From: Mycobacterium leprae TN
Lineage (GTDB): Bacteria; Actinomycetota; Actinomycetes; Mycobacteriales; Mycobacteriaceae
DNA: 32,000 bases
Direction: 5' to 3'
Assembly: GCF_000195855.1 (NCBI RefSeq)
Contig: NC_002677.1
Span: forward strand, 2,730,001 to 2,762,000
Shown: positions 21,624 to 32,000 of the stretch, piece after piece
How positions within the stretch are numbered: position 1 is the first letter of the stretch
Layout of the letters: each line of letters opens with the position of its first letter
Made by a program: the position numbers and the translations under genes
The notes under the pieces: generated by a model
What the model saw: only the letters and a program-made list of their open reading frames with translations
Database searches by the model: none
What the model was told of the DNA's origin: nothing

Positions 21624-23944
<2,321 letters not shown>

Positions 23945-23951
23945 TGTTGCA

Positions 23952-23994
23952 CTGCCTTTCTGGTTATATACCTGCCTTTCTGGTTATATACCTG
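23952..23994. repeat. Perfect 20-bp tandem duplication (2.15 copies) 8 bp upstream of the ask start codon
   Basis: 23952-23971 equals 23972-23991, and 3 further bases match. On the ask strand the unit is GTATATAACCAGAAAGGCAG, so the SD-like AGAAAGG is present twice. Confidence 0.95.
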
Positions 23995-24101
23995 GCTAGT
24001 TAGGTCCAAAACAGAATACGTGGGGCTGGCACTGCGACGATGCACACCAATGCGTCGAGCACCGGTCGCTTACCGGCACCTAGCAGCGGATGAAAGCCAG
24101 C

Positions 24102-24130
24102 ATAGTTATGTAGCAAGCTGGCGATGTCAA
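24102..24130 (-). promoter_or_regulatory. Candidate sigma-70-type promoter for ask-asd
   Basis: On the minus strand, TTGACA (24130-24125), a 17-nt spacer, then AACTAT (24107-24102). This would give a ~150-nt leader containing the 20-bp duplication. Sequence pattern only. Confidence 0.25.
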
Positions 24131-24485
24131 CAAGATTGGCCGGCTGAGCCTGAAACCCCTTTTAGAACCTATTAAATTTAATCGACGTACTATCAGGTTA
24201 CTTGAGCGGAAAATCTACAGACACCCCGGCGACCACGATACGTCGCCGATTCTCTGGTGGCGGGAAATCGCCAGATCCTGCTTGGCGGGGACGCAGCACA
24301 TGTCGTTTGTGGTCACGGCCCGGAGTTAGTGCTGGCAGCGGCACAGGATTTACAGGGTATCGGCTCGTCGGTGTGCGCGGCACAGGGGTAACGCCGACAC
24401 CAACGAGCGACTGTAAGGCAAGCTGATCCGACCCCAGTGCCTACGGCTCAGACCTGGTGCACAGACCGAAGCTCAGCCTGTAATT

Positions 24486-26463
<1,978 letters not shown>

Positions 26464-26531
26464 GACTTTAGTCAGAGACACCGTCCTCGGCGGCACCTCC
26501 CCGCCCAAGGCTCCATTTGTCATCGGCGTGC

Positions 26532-26549
26532 CTGGCCCATCCGGGCCAG
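26532..26549 (+). terminator. Hairpin downstream of leuA (weak terminator candidate)
   Basis: CTGGCCC-ATCC-GGGCCAG, a perfect 7-bp stem with a 4-nt loop, ~70 nt after the leuA stop. No U-tract. Confidence 0.3.
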
Positions 26550-26609
26550 TCGGTCTGCTCGGCGAAAAAAAGTATATCGGACACGAGCGGCCTCAGCAGC
26601 AGGCTGACT

Positions 26610-27596
26610 CCGGGTTATCTAACTCATCAAAAAACAGCGTGAATTACTCGTCGGTAGCCTCGGCGCTAGTGAATTCATTCAGGAAAATACTACAGATGAC
26701 AGCGCGAACGTAGTCCATGAATTACTACCCAGAAACCACCGGCACACCCAATTGCCTGGCGAGATAACCTTTGCCCTGCGCGGGAGCGGCTTCGTTGCAA
26801 ATCACCAGCGACGTTTCACGGTCAACGGCCTCACAGTAGGCCAGCCCGGCGTGCAGGATTCACCCGACGAGTTCCTCGTGGGTACGTGCCAACTCGGCCG
26901 CCAGGTCCACCCGCATGCCCTGGGCCAGCGATCTACCTCGCCAACGGTATCTCCCCAGGTTGAGATACGGACACGACATACGGGCAACCAGCGCCTTTAA
27001 CGGTCGCAGCCCGTCGTGAGCCAGCCGGCCGTTGGGCCAGCGGCGCCGAGTCACCGGAAGTCACACGTCGAGTTGGCGCACCCGCTTGAGCGCCACAGCC
27101 AGCACCCCGGTCAAAAAACCATTGCCTCGTCGAAGGCATGATGCGACCGTTTCTGGAGGATGCCCCAGTGCACCACGAATGTTTCCAAGAGCAGATTATC
27201 CGATCCTCAGGCCTAGCCGCCGGACCAGCTAGATCGTGCACATGGCACTGTCGACGAGGAGTTCGGCTCCAGGATCTCGGCCTCCGCGGCGAAAAATGCG
27301 TAGGCAAACGCAGCATTGTGCGCCACCAGCGTGCGGCCGAGCAACATCTCGGACACGTCACCGACAATGCCGGTAAATTGAAGCTGACCTTCGAGAGCAT
27401 GACGGCCGTCAGGCCATGTACGTGGGTGGGACCCGATATTGAGCAGGCTGACCAGGGACCACTCCACGCGTCTGTCGACATCGAGGCCGAGTATAGCAAG
27501 GCTGATTATCCGGGTCAGACCCGGACGAAAACCCGACGGCTCGACCTGTCCTACGAGGACTGCCCAACCCGCGTTCGGCTCGCTGGCTGACCCCAA
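26610..27596 (-). pseudogene. dnaQ: Pseudogene of a DnaQ-like DEDD 3'-5' exonuclease (Rv3711c-like; 3' boundary approximate)
   Basis: Frame A reads WAVLVGQVEPSGFRPG (ExoI DxE decayed, with D replaced by Q)...IISLAILGL...SLLNIGS. Frame B reads GPTHVHGLTAVML. Frame A then resumes with FTGIVGDVSEMLLGRTLVAHNAAFAYAFFAAEAEIL. That is at least two frameshifts plus stops downstream. Confidence 0.75.
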
Positions 27597-27740
27597 AGCG
27601 TCGGGTTCGTTAACTGCAGGATTGCATGTCCAGTCGACATCACCAATGTCGTTGCACGTCGTGTAGGCCTGCCACTATATGAGGGCGACCCGCTGCACCC
27701 AGCGCAAGCGCCGCGCTTACGATCGCCCTAAACTGCACGG

Positions 27741-28976
27741 GTGTTTACCGTCCGCGCACGTCTAGCCCTGGCCGCCGGAGCAAGCGCGCGGTGGACATCA
27801 CGCATTACCGGACGCGGAGCTGGGACAATGATCGGCGGCCTGGTAGCGATAACCTTGGACCGCTCAATTCTCAGCCAGCTGGGAGCGGGCCGGCGCACCA
27901 TCGTCGTCACCGGCACCAACGGCAAATCAACGACCACCCGGATGACTGTGGATGCGTTGAGCACACTGGCCCCTGGCTCAGTGGCGACCAATGCTGAAGG
28001 CGCCAACATGGACGCTGGCCTAGTGGCCGCGCTAGCTGCGAATCGTGCCGCCACACTCGCAGTACTCGAGGTCGACGAGATGCATGTGCCGCGCGTCGCC
28101 GATGCCCTCACGCCTCACATCGTCGTACTGCTCAACCTGTCTCGTGATCAGCTGGACCGCGTGGGCGAGATCAACGTGATCGAACGCACGCTGCGCACCG
28201 GCCTGGCCCGGCACCCGACGGCAGTCGTCATCGCCAATTGCGACGACGTGCTGATGACCTCAGTCGCCTACGACAGTCCGAACGTGGTTTGGGTGGCCGC
28301 GGGCGGCACCTGGTCGAACGACTCAGTCAGCTGCCCCCGCAGCGGCGAAGTCATCGTCCGCAAAAATAGACATTGGTATTCCACCGGCGCTGATTTCAAG
28401 CGACCCAGCCCACACTGGTGGTTCGACGACAACACCCTGTATGGGCCCGATGAGTTGGCGCTGCCGATGCGGCTGGCGCTGCCCGGCTCGGTGAATCGCG
28501 GCAACGCCGCCCAGGCGGTGGCCACTGCTGTCATGCTAGGTGCCGACGCCACAACAGCAGTAGCAGCAGTGTCCAAGGTCGACGAAGTCGCCGGACGATA
28601 CCGGAGCGTACGGATCGGCGAACACACCACCCGGATCTTGCTGGCTAAGAATCCGGCGGGCTGGCAGGAGGCGCTGTCGATGGTGGACACACAGGCCGCC
28701 GGGGTGGTCATCTCGATCAACGGGCAGGTACCCGACGGCAAGGACCTGTCGTGGTTGTGGGATGTGCGTTTCGAACACTTCGAGAAGATTCCCGTGGTAG
28801 CCGCTGGCGAACGCGGCACCGACCTAGCTGTGCGCCTGAGATATGCAGGCGTGGAACACACTCTGGTGCACGACACCGTAGCCGCGATCGCCTCGTGCCC
28901 ACCCGGGCAGGTGGAGGTCGTCGCCAACTACACCGCGTTCCGTCAGCTACAACGCAGGTTGGCGCGTCATGGCTGA
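27741..28976 (+). CDS. murT: MurT, the Mur-ligase-like subunit of lipid II isoglutaminyl synthase (Rv3712-like)
   Basis: 411-aa ORF with GTG start. Contains VVTGTNGKSTTTRM (Mur ligase P-loop), LLNLSRDQLDR and C-terminal DUF1727-like NPAGWQEAL...DLSWLWDVRFEHF. Confidence 0.88.
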   Translation: MFTVRARLALAAGASARWTSRITGRGAGTMIGGLVAITLDRSILSQLGAGRRTIVVTGTNGKSTTTRMTVDALSTLAPGSVATNAEGANMDAGLVAALAANRAATLAVLEVDEMHVPRVADALTPHIVVLLNLSRDQLDRVGEINVIERTLRTGLARHPTAVVIANCDDVLMTSVAYDSPNVVWVAAGGTWSNDSVSCPRSGEVIVRKNRHWYSTGADFKRPSPHWWFDDNTLYGPDELALPMRLALPGSVNRGNAAQAVATAVMLGADATTAVAAVSKVDEVAGRYRSVRIGEHTTRILLAKNPAGWQEALSMVDTQAAGVVISINGQVPDGKDLSWLWDVRFEHFEKIPVVAAGERGTDLAVRLRYAGVEHTLVHDTVAAIASCPPGQVEVVANYTAFRQLQRRLARHG

Positions 28977-29676
28977 CTCGACAGTGCGGATCGGGCTGGT
29001 GTTGCCCGACGTCATGGGCACCTATGGCGACGGCGGCAACGCCGTGGTGCTGCGACAACGGTTGCTGTTGCGAGGCATCGCTGCCGAAATTGTCGAGCTG
29101 ACGCTCGCCGATCCGGTGCCCGAGTCGCTGGACCTGTACACGCTAGGCGGCGCGGAGGACTACGCACAGCGGCTGGCCACAAGACACCTGCTGCGGTATC
29201 CGGGCCTGCAGCATGCAGCCAGTTACGGCGCACCCGTGCTAGCGATTTGTGCGGCTGTACAAGTGCTCGGCCAATGGTACGAGACAGCGTCTAGGGAACG
29301 AGTCGACGGGGTGGGTTTGCTGGATGTGACTACCGCACCGCAAGATGTGCGCACCATAGGCGAACTGGTCAGCACGCCGTTGCTGACCAGCTTGAACCAA
29401 CGCCTGAGCGGCTTCGAAAACCACCGCGGTGGCACCGTGCTCGGCCCAGCTGCGACGCCACTAGGCGCAGTGGTCAAGGGAGCGGGTAACCGAGTTGGTG
29501 ACCACTTCGACGGCGTCATTCAGGGCAGTGTGATGGCTACCTACATGCACGGACCATGTCTGGCCCGTAACCCCGAACTTGCCGACCTACTGTTGAGTAA
29601 AGTGGTAGGTGAGCTGGCGCCACTAGAGCTACCCGAGGTGGAGTTGCTGCGCCGCGAGCGACTGGCGGCTCGTTAG
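28969..29676 (+). CDS. gatD: GatD, the CobQ/CobB-like glutamine amidotransferase partner of MurT (annotated cobQ2 in Mtb)
   Basis: 235-aa ORF. The ATG overlaps the murT stop by 8 nt (ATGGCTGA). Contains nucleophile-region PVLAICAAVQVLG and TYMHGPCLARNP (catalytic His region). Confidence 0.85.
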   Translation: MADSTVRIGLVLPDVMGTYGDGGNAVVLRQRLLLRGIAAEIVELTLADPVPESLDLYTLGGAEDYAQRLATRHLLRYPGLQHAASYGAPVLAICAAVQVLGQWYETASRERVDGVGLLDVTTAPQDVRTIGELVSTPLLTSLNQRLSGFENHRGGTVLGPAATPLGAVVKGAGNRVGDHFDGVIQGSVMATYMHGPCLARNPELADLLLSKVVGELAPLELPEVELLRRERLAAR

Positions 29677-29700
29677 GCCCTCCAACCCCTGGCGAGCAGC

Positions 29701-29746
29701 GTGTTGGGCCCCGAACCAACACTTCGTTGGATTTGTTTGGATTTGT
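29701..29746 (+). terminator. Rho-independent-like terminator after gatD, whose T-rich tail contains a 10-bp tandem duplication
   Basis: GTGTTGG-GCCCCGAA-CCAACAC (7-bp stem, 29701-29722), 25 nt after the gatD TAG. It is followed by TTCG and TTGGATTTGT x2 (29727-29746). Confidence 0.55.
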
Positions 29747-29779
29747 CTTGGGAAATTACGTCGTAATGACCCAAGTTAA

Positions 29780-30556
29780 GTCTTCCAACTTGCGTAGCCA
29801 TCGCTGGACGCAGGTATATTGCGGACAATCGCTGTGATGGTGGTCAACGCCATATTCAACGTCCACCTTGTACCCCGCCCAGCCCATAATCAAATACGCC
29901 TATCGGACGTCAGTTCTCCTGCACCGGTTGCCCGGTGGAAACGGGCAGGTTGACGTCGATCAACCACAAACGCAACCAAGTCTCTTTGGGGGAAGCGGCG
30001 CCCGGATAGACGAGCGCAAACGCCGCGCGCAGCCGTCGTGTATCCGAGTACCGCTTGGCAAAGAACAGCACATTTTCGCACGAAAACAGGGTCTACCCGC
30101 ATGAGAGCGTCGAGCCGCGCCACCGCCTGCCAGCGTAGCAGATGCCGACCGCGGTCATACGCCGTGCTGGCCAACGTAGTGACGGGCAGCCCCGGGGGGC
30201 CGACACGGTTGATCTGGTCGTCGGCCACGGCCTCGCTGCAAGACGATAAGGCCGCGTTGTGGCCGGGTGCTGGGCCCGATCAATTCGACAGCAAAGCCGT
30301 CGTCCACCCACTGCGCACAATCAATCGAGGAAGCAGCGGCGCCGGCAAGGACAGCCTTTGACCGCACGAGGCCAGCCAGACGCCGGTAACGCAGCCGCGC
30401 AGCGTGGGTGCCAGAACACCTCGGCACGTAAATGCCGGGGTAGATCGCGTAATGCCAGTGCTGAAGTTCATATATGGCCATCCGACCAGCGTTAATGACC
30501 TCACATGCTAATAAAGACGTTCCGCATGACAAGCATGCTAACACCGCCATCGACAT
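29780..30556 (-). pseudogene. Frameshifted relic of an Rv3714c-like gene (AbiEi-N / DUF559-like architecture; 3' boundary approximate)
   Basis: Two overlapping minus-strand ORFs in different frames (30155-30556 and 29890-30228). The first has AGRMAIYELQHW..IYPGIYVP and AVLAGAAASSI. The second has GLPVTTLASTAYD and AVARLDALMR. The order is typical of that family, and the frame switch falls within 30155-30228. Confidence 0.55.
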
Positions 30557-30563
30557 TCCCCAG

Positions 30564-30630
30564 ATCGACGTTTTGCAGATAAAACCCGAGAAAGCACCTG
30601 CAAACGTCGATTTCGGCGAAACGCCGAAAT
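30564..30630 (-). terminator. Two adjacent strong hairpins directly after the recR stop codon
   Basis: First hairpin: ATTTCGGCG-AAA-CGCCGAAAT, a perfect 9-bp stem (30610-30630) touching the recR TGA. Second hairpin: ATCGACG(T)TTTGCAG...CTGCAAACGTCGAT, 14 bp with a 1-nt bulge and a 19-nt loop (30564-30611). Confidence 0.5.
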
Positions 30631-31241
30631 CAGACCATCGTTCGCCGGCCGGTCAGCGCACGGCCGAGTGTCAGCTCGTCGGCGAATTCCAGGTCGCCGC
30701 CCATCGGCAAGCCGGACGCGATCCGCGTCACGGTCAAGCCGGGCATATCGCGCAGCATCCGAACCAAATAGGTGGCGGTTGCCTCACCCTCGGTATTGGG
30801 GTCGGTGGCAATGATCACCTCTGTAATGCCCACATCGTCGACCCGCTCACCGATGCGGCTTAGCAACTCGCGGATCCGCAGCTGCTCGGGACCAATTCCG
30901 GATAGCGGATCAAGCGCACCGCCCAACACGTGATAGCGGCCGCGGAATTCGCGGGTGCGCTCCACGGCCTGGACATCTTTCGGTTCCTCAACCACGCACA
31001 CCACAGATGCATCTCGACGGGTATCAGAACAAATTCTGCATCGCTCGTCGTCAGATACATTGCCGCACACCGTACAGAACCGCACGTCATCGCGAACCTT
31101 TACCAACACGGCTGTCAACCGGTCGATATCTTGCGGTTCCACTGATAACAGGTGAAAGGCGATGCGCTGCGCGCTTTTAGGTCCAATACCAGGCAGCTTG
31201 CCAAGCTCGTCAATCAGATTCTGGACCGGCCCCTCAAACAC
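30630..31241 (-). CDS. recR: Recombination protein RecR
   Basis: 203-aa ORF with Hh[18 protein letters not shown]4 zinc finger [16 protein letters not shown] and a Toprim domain ([10 protein letters not shown]...[12 protein letters not shown]). Confidence 0.95.
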   Translation of the reverse strand: MFEGPVQNLIDELGKLPGIGPKSAQRIAFHLLSVEPQDIDRLTAVLVKVRDDVRFCTVCGNVSDDERCRICSDTRRDASVVCVVEEPKDVQAVERTREFRGRYHVLGGALDPLSGIGPEQLRIRELLSRIGERVDDVGITEVIIATDPNTEGEATATYLVRMLRDMPGLTVTRIASGLPMGGDLEFADELTLGRALTGRRTMV

Positions 31242-31252
31242 GTCGATGCAAT

Positions 31253-31603
31253 TCAGGTTCCTGCCATGTAAGTCGGTGGGGTCGGTGGCGGTGCCGTCGG
31301 ACGCATGGCGCTGGTCAACGCTCCCAAACGCTCCTGAGCCAGTTTGGTGACTTGCTTAGAAGCATCAGCCATCGCGCCGACGATCAGGTCCTGCAAGGTC
31401 TCAATATCGCCAGGGTCGACGACTTTAGGATCGATAGCGACACTAACCACTTCTCCACTGCCTTTGACGACGACCTCGACCAAGCCCCCACCACCCTGAC
31501 CATGCACCTGCGCGTTCGCGAGCTGTTGTTGGGTTTCCAGTAGCTTCTGCTGCATCTGCTGCGCCTGGGCGAGCAGCGCCGACATATCACCTCCGGGTTG
31601 CAT
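31253..31603 (-). CDS. ybaB: YbaB/EbfC-family nucleoid-associated protein (Rv3716c-like) with Pro-rich C-terminal tail
   Basis: 116-aa ORF with [20 protein letters not shown] and [27 protein letters not shown]. Stop lies 11 nt before the recR start (operon). Confidence 0.9.
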   Translation of the reverse strand: MQPGGDMSALLAQAQQMQQKLLETQQQLANAQVHGQGGGGLVEVVVKGSGEVVSVAIDPKVVDPGDIETLQDLIVGAMADASKQVTKLAQERLGALTSAMRPTAPPPTPPTYMAGT

Positions 31604-31702
31604 GACAGCTCCCTCGCATCTTGGTCTCGAATTGGTTTCGCCTACAGATATTAGGGCGATTTGAAATTTCGAGTTTAGACTGCACCAGGCTATCTTTGCG
31701 CC

Positions 31703-32000
31703 GTGAACACACGAGTTAGCCTCCGTATCGGGTTCCGAATGGTCGTAGGCCTATTAGTAGCGGCCTTAACGACAATCACCCCGACCGCGGTAGCCTATCC
31801 CTCTAATCCCGCCAATATAGCTGGCATGATCGTGTTCATCGATCCTGGCCACAACGGCTCCAATGACGCATCCATCAGCCGTCAGGTACCCACCGGTCGT
31901 GGCGGCACCAAAGACTGCCAGGCCAGCGGCACGTCGACGAACAGTGGCTATCCGGAGCACACCTTTACCTGGGACACCGCACTGCAGGTGCGCGCCGCGT
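31703..32000 (+). CDS. ami1: 5' part of an N-acetylmuramoyl-L-alanine amidase (Amidase_3; Rv3717-like), truncated by the window end
   Basis: Open frame from GTG 31703 (alternative ATG 31739) to the window end. Contains signal-like [19 protein letters not shown], then [11 protein letters not shown] (the Zn-binding His region of Amidase_3) and [15 protein letters not shown]. Not in the supplied ORF track because no stop lies within the window. Confidence 0.75.
   Translation, partial: MNTRVSLRIGFRMVVGLLVAALTTITPTAVAYPSNPANIAGMIVFIDPGHNGSNDASISRQVPTGRGGTKDCQASGTSTNSGYPEHTFTWDTALQVRAA

Noticed and set aside
23952-23994. Possible CRISPR-like or operator array (also 18145-18185 and 2036-2077)
   Set aside because: Each locus has only two directly adjacent copies with no spacers. 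There are no cas genes in the window. The three repeat units are unrelated in sequence. These are tandem duplications, not CRISPR.
26752-27000. 82-aa plus-strand ORF downstream of leuA
   Set aside because: It lies antisense to the C-terminal half of the dnaQ-like relic, with no motifs or translation signals.
28268-28927. 219-aa ORF antisense to murT
   Set aside because: Same reasoning. It is nested antisense in a confident CDS, is Ala/Ser/Thr/Arg-rich, and has no recognisable domain or start context.

Overview
All homology calls below come from motif recognition and remembered synteny. No searches were run.

This is a high-GC actinobacterial chromosome segment. As far as I can recall, its gene order matches the Mycobacterium tuberculosis Rv3679-Rv3717 region: ArsA-like ATPase pair, whiB4, ponA2, metallophosphoesterase, tRNA-Pro, glpK, a PknH-like sensor protein, DUF4185-asd-ask, leuA, murT-gatD, recR-ybaB and an amidase.

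By summing the ORF coordinates, only about half of the window is intact coding sequence. The rest is frameshifted or stop-interrupted gene relics and AT-drifted spacer. The relics I could recognise are:
- a cysteine-synthase-like gene, a P450, an NmrA-like SDR and a MoxR-like ATPase
- an RDD protein, a GCS2-like ligase and a SAM methyltransferase
- egtE-like and truncated egtD-like genes
- an amine oxidase, a dnaQ-like exonuclease and an Rv3714c-like gene

This mosaic is what Mycobacterium leprae or M. lepromatosis-type reductive evolution would produce. The species assignment is an inference.

I found no CRISPR array, transposase, prophage or defence island, and no convincing novel multi-gene system. 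The signals most worth a second look are:
- a leaderless Leu-codon mini-ORF with alternative hairpins in front of leuA
- collapse of the ergothioneine (egt) locus, with a deletion junction abutting the next intact gene
- three independent two-copy tandem duplications of about 20 bp in intergenic regions, one sitting in the ask 5' leader and duplicating its SD-like element
- a dnaQ-like relic with a destroyed DxE motif
- a tightly packed ask-asd-DUF4185 unit that survives intact between two zones of gene decay
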